From the IMG/VR virus record IMGVR_UViG_3300042298_003052, positions 75,449 to 139,448 of that record: 64,000 nucleotides of DNA. The stretch is one strand, 5' to 3'. This document shows positions 20,243 through 29,491 of this stretch, one piece after another. The translations under genes and the position numbers were made by a program. Source of the stretch: a virus. Position 1 is the stretch's first letter. Every line of letters starts with the position of its first letter. The notes beneath the pieces are model-generated. The model was not told the DNA's origin. It was given only the letters and a program-made list of their open reading frames with translations, and made no database searches.

Positions 20243-20596
20243 ATGGATTTTGAACAGTACAAGACTTTAACCGATACGCTTTTAGACGAATACACAATGC
20301 CATTGGTAAGAGAATTGTCGTATCTTCGTGAGAGAAAGATCGCACTTAAGAATCATCTGTACGATATCGAAGCTGCGATCGTTGAAAACAAAACCGCTTA
20401 TTATAACGCTAAAGACAAAGCCCACGCTGAAGTACACATAAAATTCAAGTTTGATGTTTTCAGAGAGCTACCAAAGATCGCAGATCATCCAGAACGAGAA
20501 GAATTGTTTTCTCTAGCCTGGGATGAATGTGATGGCAATAGAGAAAAGGTTTTTGAAAAATTAGAAGAATTGTCAGATCTTTTTCTTAACGTCTAA
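20243..20596 (+). CDS. hypothetical protein
   Basis: AAGGAG RBS. Confidence 0.6.
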   Translation: MDFEQYKTLTDTLLDEYTMPLVRELSYLRERKIALKNHLYDIEAAIVENKTAYYNAKDKAHAEVHIKFKFDVFRELPKIADHPEREELFSLAWDECDGNREKVFEKLEELSDLFLNV

Positions 20597-20604
20597 CCAA
20601 AGGA

Positions 20605-20922
20605 GTGTCTTTGATGTCTAGTCGCGGACTCAATGTTTGTACATTGGCTGGTAGTGTTATCTCTATTGATACTAGAACTAGCGATCACGTCGAAATTGTT
20701 ATCGATGTGGACAACAGACACAAAGAAGGTTCCTTTGTCGTGAGGGTTATAATCTGGAACGATTCTCTTGCATCACACACGGTCCCTCATATTAGAGAAG
20801 GATCACTGATTATTGTCACTGGTTTTATCGAACCTTCGCCTTATATCAGCGAATACGATGATCAGCCTTACGCCGGTCTACGACTTACAGCAACCGATAT
20901 CGTCCTCGACATAAAGGGATAA
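20605..20922 (+). CDS. ssb: single-stranded DNA-binding protein (short, no acidic tail)
   Basis: LNVCTLAG...VRVIIWND.LA...IREGSLIIVTG OB-fold pattern. Confidence 0.75.
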   Translation: MSLMSSRGLNVCTLAGSVISIDTRTSDHVEIVIDVDNRHKEGSFVVRVIIWNDSLASHTVPHIREGSLIIVTGFIEPSPYISEYDDQPYAGLRLTATDIVLDIKG

Positions 20923-20929
20923 ACCAACA

Positions 20930-21178
20930 ATGAAATATGAACAACTATTGACAGAAATCATTGATGTTCTAATTACAGATCGCTTCAAAGAGCACGATGA
21001 CGTTCCTCCTGAAACGATCGCACAGGCTAAACAGATCATGTTTGATACGTTCTCGCCAACATGGGATATCTGTGTTAACGCCGCTATTGAACAAGGATAT
21101 ACAGAAGAGTCTCTTAAAACTTTCGCTGTGCAAGTGTTTAACAGATTGGATCTAGAACGGATGGCACATCTTAATTGA
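20930..21178 (+). CDS. hypothetical protein
   Basis: operon context. Confidence 0.55.
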   Translation: MKYEQLLTEIIDVLITDRFKEHDDVPPETIAQAKQIMFDTFSPTWDICVNAAIEQGYTEESLKTFAVQVFNRLDLERMAHLN

Positions 21179-21187
21179 GATGTTACT

Positions 21188-21469
21188 TTATACAATTATA
21201 AAATCTAACCGTTTCAAAGTGTCCATGAAATCAGTTAATGTGCGATCTTTCAAAACGAACCATTCGCCTTTAATTTTGTTTTGTCGATATTTGTATTTCA
21301 ATCGTTTCTCTAAATATAAACCATCGATTGCACAATTAAAGGCGAATAACACTAGATCCTTATCATTTCCTGTTTGTAGATTTTGTAATCTTTTTTTGAA
21401 CCCGCTCTCTGTAGTTTTTCCTACCTTGTAGCGATCGTCCCCTGTAGTTAGTACATATACGATGTCCAT
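21188..21469 (-). CDS. GIY-YIG / T5orf172 (MUG113-like) protein
   Basis: VYVL...YKVGKT...RLQNLQTGN...LEKRL...GEWF. Confidence 0.8.
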   Translation of the reverse strand: MDIVYVLTTGDDRYKVGKTTESGFKKRLQNLQTGNDKDLVLFAFNCAIDGLYLEKRLKYKYRQNKIKGEWFVLKDRTLTDFMDTLKRLDFIIV

Positions 21470-21502
21470 AGTTTATCACTAATACTTAGAGGAATAGTAC
21501 CA

Positions 21503-21892
21503 ATGGCTATCGAGTGTTACATTGCCGGTTGTAATATAGACGAATGCAAAGCTTTACGCGATCTGTTAGTCGAAAAAGGATATGAAATTACGGCAAAGTG
21601 GTTAGATGAACCTTTTCGTCGTACACTGACGTATAGTGTAGAAGATCGTCATCGTATAGCTAATATGGATAGAGACGATGTTCTGAGATCTGATCTTTTA
21701 ATTCACTTGGCTACAGATCGCTATATCCCTGGTGGCAAGTTTGTTGAAGTTGGTATCGCCATAGGTGCTAACATTCCGGTCATCAACGTAGGTCACCAAG
21801 AAAATATGTTGATGTGGTGTGATTCTGTTGAAACCGTTGCTACACAAGAAGAAGCGATCCTTCTGTTAGAAAGACGAATCCTAGGATTGTAG
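21503..21892 (+). CDS. nucleoside 2-deoxyribosyltransferase-like protein
   Basis: YIAG...DRDDVLRSDL...GGKFVEVGIAIG..IPV. Confidence 0.7.
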   Translation: MAIECYIAGCNIDECKALRDLLVEKGYEITAKWLDEPFRRTLTYSVEDRHRIANMDRDDVLRSDLLIHLATDRYIPGGKFVEVGIAIGANIPVINVGHQENMLMWCDSVETVATQEEAILLLERRILGL

Positions 21893-22231
21893 AAGGGTAC
21901 TACCATATTTTCTTTTGATTGGATTAACTCTGTGTTGTATCGAAGTGATAAAAATGTTTGATATTATTGAGATATTGATGCGTCAACCTAGCAAGCTTGC
22001 AAAAGTCGTAACAGCAATTGATGAGTCTGTTAGTACCTCAATGCTTTACGGGGACTATAGTTACATACAAACCACTGTACCAAAAGTCGTAGAAAAATTA
22101 GAAGAAAAAGACTACTCTATGCTGTTGCGTGTTCTCATGTACAAAACTAAGAGAGATAAAACCTCAGCAGCCACACCTTTTTATGAAGAAGCGATCCTTC
22201 TGTTAGAAAGACGAATCCTAGAATTGTAGAA
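21848..22231 (+). repeat. 47-bp direct repeat with 1 mismatch
   Basis: 21848-21894 and 22185-22231; both encode EEAILLLERRIL.L-stop. Confidence 0.9.
21915..22229 (+). CDS. hypothetical protein (start probably 21954)
   Basis: ends with the duplicated C-terminus of the upstream gene. Confidence 0.5.
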   Translation: MIGLTLCCIEVIKMFDIIEILMRQPSKLAKVVTAIDESVSTSMLYGDYSYIQTTVPKVVEKLEEKDYSMLLRVLMYKTKRDKTSAATPFYEEAILLLERRILEL

Positions 22232-22262
22232 TTGCTAACTGCTCTCGGTTGGGAATAAGTAT

Positions 22263-23546
22263 GTGATATATCATAAAGATCTGACCATGCAGATTGAAGG
22301 CAAACAGGTTCCTTCAGGCAGGGTTCGGGTTAGTGGAGCAAAAAACGCTGCCACCCGCCTGATGGCAGCATCAATGCTTACGGACGAAACCATTAACCTA
22401 CTTAACTTCCCAACCCAACTACTTGATGTTCAATACAAGGCAAGGTTTATCGAGTTAATGGGGGGAAAGGTCAGCCTTGATTCGACTGCATCCTTCAATT
22501 GTTCCAATCTAAAACCCCAGGAATTAGAAGACTATAGATTTCCTATTAGAACGACCTATTTATTAGCCGCCGGTCAATTAATTCGAGAAGGAAACGCCTA
22601 TATCCCCTATCCAGGGGGATGTAATATTGGTAGTCGCAAGTATGACTTACACATAATGATCTGGCACTCCTTAGGGTGTCAGGTAGAAGAAAAGCCAGAT
22701 CATATTAGGGTTAGTGGTCAGCTCGTCGGCGGTGACATTCATTTCCCCATATCCACCGTGGGAGGCACAGAGAATGCCATATTATGTGCTGTAGTTGCTA
22801 GGGGAACTACAAGAATCTACAATGCCTATGTCACCCCCGAAATCGAAAACCTGATTAACTTACTCATCTTAATGGGGGCGCAAATATCGGTAAGTGGCAC
22901 CAGTCTAATCGAGATTCAGGGGGTTAGGCAGCTAAGGGGAGCAACGATTCCTATCATTCCTGATCGCATTGAAGCTTTAACCTGGATTATCCTATCTGCG
23001 ATCTCTGGTGGTAATGTTCTAGTTGAGAATGTTCCCTTCAATCTAATGGAAATTCCCTTAGTCTACCTCCGTAGAATAGGGCTTGATTTCTTCCAAAACT
23101 CTAATTCGGTTTGGGTTTCGCCACAGTCAATCGCTCCCTCCGGATTACAGCCCTTTGAAGTAGCCTGTGGTACTCACCCCGGCATCATATCCGATATGCA
23201 ACCTTTTTATGTGCTTCTAGCTTTGTATGCTAAGGGTAGAAGTCTAATCCTTGACTATCGCTATCCAGAGCGCACTACCTACCTTGAGGAATTATCTAGA
23301 TTTTACCCTAATTGTATAACCTGGAACTCAGGAAAAATCATCGTCAATGGATGTCAACGCTCAGGTTCGGCAGTGGTAACATCAACGGACTTGCGAGGTA
23401 GTATGGCCTTGGTGATGGCAGCAATTATCAATCATGGACCTAGTCAAGTCAGGAAGGTAAATATGGCCCTACGAGGCTATGATCAACTACAAACAAAACT
23501 TGGAGGGCTAGGCATAGTTCATAGCATTAACAAAGACGATGAGTGA
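22263..23546 (+). CDS. murA: UDP-N-acetylglucosamine 1-carboxyvinyltransferase, divergent MurA family
   Basis: SGAKNAA, PGGCNIGSR (catalytic Cys), TVGGTEN, PDRIEA, SDMQP, STDLRG, LRGY. Confidence 0.9.
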   Translation: MIYHKDLTMQIEGKQVPSGRVRVSGAKNAATRLMAASMLTDETINLLNFPTQLLDVQYKARFIELMGGKVSLDSTASFNCSNLKPQELEDYRFPIRTTYLLAAGQLIREGNAYIPYPGGCNIGSRKYDLHIMIWHSLGCQVEEKPDHIRVSGQLVGGDIHFPISTVGGTENAILCAVVARGTTRIYNAYVTPEIENLINLLILMGAQISVSGTSLIEIQGVRQLRGATIPIIPDRIEALTWIILSAISGGNVLVENVPFNLMEIPLVYLRRIGLDFFQNSNSVWVSPQSIAPSGLQPFEVACGTHPGIISDMQPFYVLLALYAKGRSLILDYRYPERTTYLEELSRFYPNCITWNSGKIIVNGCQRSGSAVVTSTDLRGSMALVMAAIINHGPSQVRKVNMALRGYDQLQTKLGGLGIVHSINKDDE

Positions 23547-24408
23547 TTTAATTAGTATTGTAACGGGCTTCTATAATCGCGGCAACCTTGTTAGAACCTC
23601 TATCGGCAGCCTATTAAGACAAACCTACACAAACCTTGAGATCATTGCCTTCGATGATTGTTCAACGGACCATACCTACGAAGAGTTACTAAAGTTTCAA
23701 GATCCACGACTTAGAGTAATTCGTCATTCCATAAACATTGGTTTTGTTAATGGATTACTCAACGCCATTGAACAATCATCTGGTGACTATATTGCCATCC
23801 ATGGTTCAGGAGATATTTCCTATCCAACACGATTGGAAAAACAATATAGACTTCTAAAGGACGATCGCGATCTTAGTGCTGTGGGTTGTAATGTTTTCGA
23901 TTGTGATATGTCTCATGGAGGTAATATATATCGACGTACTAGAGTATGCGATCATCCTGATAACTTTCAATATTCATTAATCAACGGTCGTAATTGCTTC
24001 ACTGGTGGAGAAGTAATGATAAGAAAATATCACTACGATCGCATTGGTGGTTATCGAAAAGCTTTTTATTATGCCCAGGATAGAGATCTATGGCTTAGAC
24101 TGATAGAAATATCCAAACTGGGTTTTGTTGATGAAGTTCTATATAAAAGGTTATTTATATCTAACAGCATACGATTTAACATTGATAAAATACTGATACA
24201 AAGAAGATATTCAGAATTGGCTAGACAATGTGCCGAGATGAGACTGGATAATCAATGTGATCTAGTTGATCTGTACGGCCAAAATGCGATCAACTTTTTA
24301 AGCAAATCTAAAAGATTGTCAGAGTTTTACAAAAACCTCTTTGAAACATACCAATATAGAGACACGGTTTTTGCAAACAGATGCTATGATCTATACATCG
24401 ATTCTTAA
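23539..24408 (+). CDS. glycosyltransferase family 2
   Basis: ISIV..YNR...QTYTNLEIIAFDDCSTD...RLEKQ...GGYR...QDRDLWLRL; overlaps the murA stop. Confidence 0.9.
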   Translation: MSDLISIVTGFYNRGNLVRTSIGSLLRQTYTNLEIIAFDDCSTDHTYEELLKFQDPRLRVIRHSINIGFVNGLLNAIEQSSGDYIAIHGSGDISYPTRLEKQYRLLKDDRDLSAVGCNVFDCDMSHGGNIYRRTRVCDHPDNFQYSLINGRNCFTGGEVMIRKYHYDRIGGYRKAFYYAQDRDLWLRLIEISKLGFVDEVLYKRLFISNSIRFNIDKILIQRRYSELARQCAEMRLDNQCDLVDLYGQNAINFLSKSKRLSEFYKNLFETYQYRDTVFANRCYDLYIDS

Positions 24409-24422
24409 AGGACATAAAATAA

Positions 24423-24602
24423 ATGTTTGACAATCAAATCAATGAAGTATCTAGAGAAGAAATTATCGCTGCTCTTTTAGATGTTACTGATGGTGTATAC
24501 GATGCTTTTGAACTATCCCACAAAACAGGATTACCCTTAGAACGATCGCAAGAAATAATCGATGTAAGAGACAAATGTCTTTCTAACAAAGTTTTACAAT
24601 AG
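24423..24602 (+). CDS. 59-aa hypothetical protein (not in ORF track)
   Basis: AAAGGA RBS; MFDNQINEVSREEIIAALLDV...TGLPLERSQEII. Confidence 0.5.
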   Translation: MFDNQINEVSREEIIAALLDVTDGVYDAFELSHKTGLPLERSQEIIDVRDKCLSNKVLQ

Positions 24603-24643
24603 CAGAAGGAGGATCGCACGAAATATGCGATCCTCCTTCTGCT
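24601..24643. terminator. hairpin between convergent genes
   Basis: AGCAGAAGGAGGATCGCA/TGCGATCCTCCTTCTGCT perfect 18-bp stem. Confidence 0.7.
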
Positions 24644-24917
24644 ATTGGCTTGATTTTACTAAAGCTTCTATACGTCTACTTAAGTGAATTATATCACCCA
24701 GACATTCATCTAGTCTTTTATCGTTTAACCTCTCTCTTACTTTATCTAACTTATCAAGGGTAATGGTATGTCTCTCACCCCCAAGGAGCTTGTAAAAACC
24801 TTGTCTACTCATTAAACCTTCACATATCTCCGATATATTAGGATCATTGTCCCAGATGATATTTTTTACAACCTGTAAGAAATTCTCCGGTAACTCCATT
24901 TCGATAACAACCCTCAT
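24642..24917 (-). CDS. HTH (Cro/XRE-like) protein
   Basis: GAGGAG RBS before MRVVIE; ISEICEGLMSRQGFYKLLGGE HTH-like. Confidence 0.55.
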   Translation of the reverse strand: MRVVIEMELPENFLQVVKNIIWDNDPNISEICEGLMSRQGFYKLLGGERHTITLDKLDKVRERLNDKRLDECLGDIIHLSRRIEALVKSSQ

Positions 24918-24995
24918 AGCATCTCCTCTAATAAACTGATAACAGTGTAGCACAAAGGTGACACTTATGCTATAGTGGATGAAAAGGAGGATCAC

Positions 24996-25292
24996 ATGGA
25001 ACGCACAATGCTATACCAGTTCAGATCTTTTGAAAAGCGCGATATATGGTTGAAGAACATTCCCATACGATCGCTGTCAGAAAAAGATCGCTATAGTACA
25101 CTATATACCTGGAAGATCCGCAATCTTACGGTATTCGGTGTCCTTTTATCCAAGTATGAAGCGCCTCTCATTGAAGTATTTGAGAGTACGATTATAGAGA
25201 TAAAGGAGAAGGAAGGTACCGTACACCTAGAAGAAATCGATATCCCATTCAGCGCTGATTGCATACTACTACACGAACACCTAAACCTATGA
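24996..25292 (+). CDS. hypothetical protein
   Basis: AAGGAGG RBS; divergent from the HTH gene. Confidence 0.55.
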   Translation: MERTMLYQFRSFEKRDIWLKNIPIRSLSEKDRYSTLYTWKIRNLTVFGVLLSKYEAPLIEVFESTIIEIKEKEGTVHLEEIDIPFSADCILLHEHLNL

Positions 25293-25477
25293 TAGTCTCA
25301 TATACCGTAGAGAACTGGATCTCACAAGAACCTAAAACCTTAGACGTTGATCGCAACGAAGCGATCGAACTTCAATGTGCTAAAGATTTTGCCTCAACTA
25401 ATGGTTATCTATGGCCACTCACGTTTAATATCTTTGTTGATGGCGATCTTCTGAAGTCAACCACGGTGGTTCTATGA
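25289..25477 (+). CDS. hypothetical protein
   Basis: ATGA overlap. Confidence 0.5.
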   Translation: MIVSYTVENWISQEPKTLDVDRNEAIELQCAKDFASTNGYLWPLTFNIFVDGDLLKSTTVVL

Positions 25478-25848
25478 AAGGTATTCTTTGGTTAACTGTC
25501 CCATCTGCTCTAAAAGATTTTGCACAAATAAAACCTATATACCCAAACGGAAATCCTCATCATATAACCTTAGTCTTTGGAACAGAAGAACATATCTTCA
25601 AAGATGTCATTGGCAAAAGAGTGTTCGTATTAGCCTATGAAAACTGCTGGAACGATCGCATACAAGCAGTCCGTGTACAATTACCAAACGATATACCATG
25701 TGTTAATCGACATCCACACATAACAGTCAGTTACGCCCCTGGTGTAGAACCAAAGGAAAGTAATATCATGCTAGCAAGTGAACATCAATCAAATAAAGTT
25801 TCTTTCAGCTTTTATACGATCGTCGAATTTCATAAATGGTCACCCTAA
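25474..25848 (+). CDS. 2H-phosphoesterase (tRNA-ligase CPD-like)
   Basis: two HxT motifs: HHITLVF and HPHITVSY. Confidence 0.75.
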   Translation: MKGILWLTVPSALKDFAQIKPIYPNGNPHHITLVFGTEEHIFKDVIGKRVFVLAYENCWNDRIQAVRVQLPNDIPCVNRHPHITVSYAPGVEPKESNIMLASEHQSNKVSFSFYTIVEFHKWSP

Positions 25849-26265
25849 TTTTTGACCGAAAAAATATTCCCGAAAAAAAAATCGCTTTTTCAATTCTCAA
25901 TGTCCCATATATAAACAGAAGGGGGTCACTTTGAATACCGTTAAAGTATCATACTTCGTTAAATTACCCGGCGAAATGATCGCATCCTCATGCCTAATGC
26001 ACATGTTCACTAATGACGATCCTAAAACACAAGCTAAACAATATGTCGCTAACTTGGTTAACACCGAGATAGAAAACGTAACTATTCTGTCGATAGAGAT
26101 AATTATGAAAATAATATGAAAAACGCGATCGTCCTTGGATGAGGATCAAAACCGGATGAGAAAGGAATCGTATAGAAGTGCGATCGTCCTTGAAGGAAAA
26201 GAATATGGATAAAAAAATTGGATAAAAAAAATTGAAAAAATATGGAGAAGTGCTATACGACCCCT

Positions 26266-26279
26266 AGTACAGGTGTACT
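26266..26279. promoter_or_regulatory. candidate cyanobacterial LexA box
   Basis: AGTACAGGTGTACT fits RGTAC-N3-DGTWCB. Confidence 0.4.
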
Positions 26280-26368
26280 ACCGTCTTTAATCTGTAGGGG
26301 ATATCTCACACTGAGAATATATATCTAGATATATCTATGGTTATCATTTATAAATATTGTAGGTTAAT

Positions 26369-26411
26369 TGTGATCGTAATCACACAAACAGATTAGCGTT
26401 AGGGATATATT
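26369..26411 (+). promoter_or_regulatory. CRP box + -10 (class II activated promoter)
   Basis: TGTGAtcgtaaTCACA, 21-bp spacer, TATATT. Confidence 0.75.
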
Positions 26412-26474
26412 GTTATCAAGGTTAACTAAGTTAACTGAATAACACGCTACAACACGTTAAAGGAGTCTAAAATC

Positions 26475-26678
26475 ATGGCTAACAAGATTACGTTAGGATT
26501 ATTTCATAATCCCGATACCTTAATAGGGTATGCTAGGGTAACGATTGACGCTAATATGATTATTCACTGTAGGCTTTATGGCGGTAATAAAAACACTATA
26601 CGCTTTAAAAGCTTAAGAAAAGCCCAAGAATGTTTAGAGAAGATTTCTGGCCATGACTTAAGGTTTACTACGCTTTAA
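26475..26678 (+). CDS. small early protein, paralog family A
   Basis: AAGGAG RBS; similar to 26763 and 27596. Confidence 0.65.
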   Translation: MANKITLGLFHNPDTLIGYARVTIDANMIIHCRLYGGNKNTIRFKSLRKAQECLEKISGHDLRFTTL

Positions 26679-26762
26679 TCTTACGCGCGCTTTCAAGCTA
26701 GCCTAGTAAAGCCTAGGCTATTAGTCCACAGATCGCTACACAATCATTAAGGAGACAATACC

Positions 26763-27044
26763 ATGGCTGTTATCAAGATAATTGGATCGTTTTACACTGT
26801 TTGTCCCGACCCCTGGCTATACGCCGAAGTGGCTGTTATTTGTGAGAATGATGATATAATTATTCTGTGTAAGATTAGGACAAACGGTCAATTATTAAAA
26901 TTCTCAGATCTTAGGCAAGCTGAGGATAATTTAATAAAACTATCTGGCTATGAGCTAGATTTTATTACACAGTCTAGCGATCATACCGTATTCAGTTGGG
27001 ATCGGACTCCCAATCTATCAGATTTATACACAAACGATCGCTAG
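26763..27044 (+). CDS. small early protein, paralog family A
   Basis: AAGGAG RBS. Confidence 0.6.
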   Translation: MAVIKIIGSFYTVCPDPWLYAEVAVICENDDIIILCKIRTNGQLLKFSDLRQAEDNLIKLSGYELDFITQSSDHTVFSWDRTPNLSDLYTNDR

Positions 27045-27124
27045 TATTCCATAACCACGGTTTCTCAGGCTAGCCTAGTAAAGCCTAGGCAATAATTCAC
27101 TACACAATTAAGGAATTTAAGGTT

Positions 27125-27505
27125 ATGCCCGCAAGTAAGAAACTACAACATGTCGCTAACGTGGTTAAACGGTTAACCGGTATTGAATGCAAAGCTTCCC
27201 GAAAATCTATTTATAGTGCGATGAGTATTTATAGCGATCGATCAGAGAATAATATAAATTTCGGTGATGATGATCAAGCTATCTATGAACATCTTTCACA
27301 GGGCGATGAGTTTGATAATGGTGACGGTATAGAAGTATGGTATAACGCTTTCAAGCTAGATGATCGCTCTATTGTAGTAGTACAAACATACGATGGTGGT
27401 GTCAGTGGGGAAGGCGATCTATATATCATGCAGCCAGATCATAATGATATCTATGATTTACGTGATGATATAGTTGATTCAGGATGGTATAACGGTCTAC
27501 ACTAG
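27125..27505 (+). CDS. acidic hypothetical protein
   Basis: AAGG RBS; 126 aa. Confidence 0.6.
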   Translation: MPASKKLQHVANVVKRLTGIECKASRKSIYSAMSIYSDRSENNINFGDDDQAIYEHLSQGDEFDNGDGIEVWYNAFKLDDRSIVVVQTYDGGVSGEGDLYIMQPDHNDIYDLRDDIVDSGWYNGLH

Positions 27506-27595
27506 TATTCAATCCATAATCTTACGCGCGCTTTCAAGCTAGCCTAGTAAAGCCTAGGCAATAACTCAGCAAACACGTTAAAGGAGTCTAGAATC

Positions 27596-27805
27596 ATGGC
27601 TAAACTTATTGGGACGTTACACAATAACGGTAAAATTGTTGCAATCGTGACAATTGACAATAATTTAATTTTTCATTTTCAACTTTATACGGCAAACATT
27701 GGTAATTTTTACTATCCTGTTAAATATATACGTACTAGAGAGTTAAAGACAGGGATATCTATTCTCAGTAGGGCGCTAAATCATAGCATTTTGCTGAGTG
27801 ATTAA
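27596..27805 (+). CDS. small early protein, paralog family A
   Basis: leader nearly identical to that of 26475. Confidence 0.65.
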   Translation: MAKLIGTLHNNGKIVAIVTIDNNLIFHFQLYTANIGNFYYPVKYIRTRELKTGISILSRALNHSILLSD

Positions 27806-28215
27806 CCTAACCAGTTTTTAGTACAAATGATCGCTAGTATATTTTACCCTGATACGGTTATACTAGCGATCGCTTGTACTATCATATTTATCTATCATCC
27901 TGTTTTACTTTCTGCCATACGCTATTTTTTATTTATCCTATTTATCACTATATAGTTATATACCTAAATACCTAAATAACTAATAACTATTACAACCTGG
28001 TGCGATCGTCCTGACCTATCCTATCTATATCTACTGAATAATCCCCCACTAAATAATCATTTCTACCCTATCTCTTAAGCCTTACAAGGCTAGGATATCT
28101 ATTCTCTAATACTCTGATACCTTACAGCTATTCACTAAGCTTACAGACCCTTACAATAGGGAATAAAATCATAAATAAAATACAATGATCGCTATAGGTT
28201 ATTAAATAAGTTAGT

Positions 28216-28258
28216 TGTGACTGCGATCACACTATTAGATCGCTAGCAACGTTATATT
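28216..28258 (+). promoter_or_regulatory. CRP box + -10 (class II activated promoter)
   Basis: TGTGActgcgaTCACA, 21-bp spacer, TATATT. Confidence 0.75.
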
Positions 28259-28312
28259 GTTATCACGGTTGATCAAATCAGCCTAACGCTACACAGAAAA
28301 TGGAGTATAAAA

Positions 28313-29491
28313 ATGCAAACTTTACTATTTGACCTATCACAATTCACTACAGCGATAGAATCTAGTATTGAAGTTTGCTGTGTAGAATGCAGTCAAGATC
28401 TTGACACCGATGATGTTATAGAAATAGATGATTCTATCTATTGTAATGATTGTGTATGCTACTGTGATCATTGCGATAATGCAACATTGGAAGATGATCT
28501 AGAGACAGTGTACACGAGGGAATACTCTAGAGACCCAGAGAGATACTGCAATAACTGTGTAAAAAAAGAAACGTTTACATGCGATGATTGTGATAATCAT
28601 CATAGTGATGATTTATCAGAATACCATATTGAAGATAATGGTAAGACAATTTGTAGTAAATGTTATGAATACGGTTATTTTTGCTGTGGTGATTGTGATA
28701 ATTATTATAGTGATTCTAGCGCAAACTATACAGAAGATAGCACGTATTGTGATAGTTGTTATGTAAACCACGTTAAGAGCGATCGTATTAAAGATTACAA
28801 CTATAATCCATTAGATGAGTTAGATTTTTTAGGGAATCCTAAGGATGATTTATATCTGGGGTTAGAACTAGAGGTTTATACAAGCGATGATTTGAATGAT
28901 ACCGCTAACACAGTATCAGACTTATTGGATGGTTACGCTATCCTTAAGGAGGATAGTAGTATCTCTATGCCTGGATTTGAGATAGTTACAGCCCCATGTA
29001 GTTTAGCTATCCACAGAGAAAAGATAACAGAATTTTTCTCTAATAATCCAGATATTGACACCGATGATGATCATAATATAGGTTTGCATGTTCATATCAG
29101 TAGAAAGCCTATATCTCAATTATCTATTGGTAAGATGTTAGTGTTTATTAATAATCCTGATAATCAGGATAACATAATAGAATTATCTGGGAGAAATCCT
29201 AGTAAGTGGGCAAAATTAAGCCCTAAGAAAATAACCGATGTTAAGAAAAAACAATCGTCTCGCTATGAAGCGATAAATCTGCAAAATAACGATACTATAG
29301 AGTTTAGAACTTTTACATCTACTATAGATCCTAAGCTGATTTTAGCTAGATTAGAATTCGTTCACTGTTTAACCGTATGGGTTAAAGATCAATCTATGTT
29401 AGAATTAACTTGGAATAATTTTACGGATTACGTTAGGGAACATAAGGCGTTATATCCTAACTTAGTAGAATGGTTAGAAAATAATAACTAA
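28313..29491 (+). CDS. putative amidoligase with N-terminal CxxC repeats
   Basis: LGLELEV, KEDSSI, GFEIVTAP, GLHVHISR, RYEAINL and TIEFR motifs; many CxxC units. Confidence 0.8.
   Translation: MQTLLFDLSQFTTAIESSIEVCCVECSQDLDTDDVIEIDDSIYCNDCVCYCDHCDNATLEDDLETVYTREYSRDPERYCNNCVKKETFTCDDCDNHHSDDLSEYHIEDNGKTICSKCYEYGYFCCGDCDNYYSDSSANYTEDSTYCDSCYVNHVKSDRIKDYNYNPLDELDFLGNPKDDLYLGLELEVYTSDDLNDTANTVSDLLDGYAILKEDSSISMPGFEIVTAPCSLAIHREKITEFFSNNPDIDTDDDHNIGLHVHISRKPISQLSIGKMLVFINNPDNQDNIIELSGRNPSKWAKLSPKKITDVKKKQSSRYEAINLQNNDTIEFRTFTSTIDPKLILARLEFVHCLTVWVKDQSMLELTWNNFTDYVREHKALYPNLVEWLENNN

Larger units (their letters stand above)
26676..27559 (+). repeat. three copies of an intergenic repeat with a GCCTAG-TAAAGC-CTAGGC hairpin
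   Basis: 43-bp identical copies 26676-26718 and 27517-27559; partial copy 27065-27095. Confidence 0.9.

Noticed and set aside
26676-27559. CRISPR array or integron attC array
   Set aside because: Intervening sequences are whole genes; repeats lack attC RYYYAAC/GTTRRRY ends and no integrase is visible
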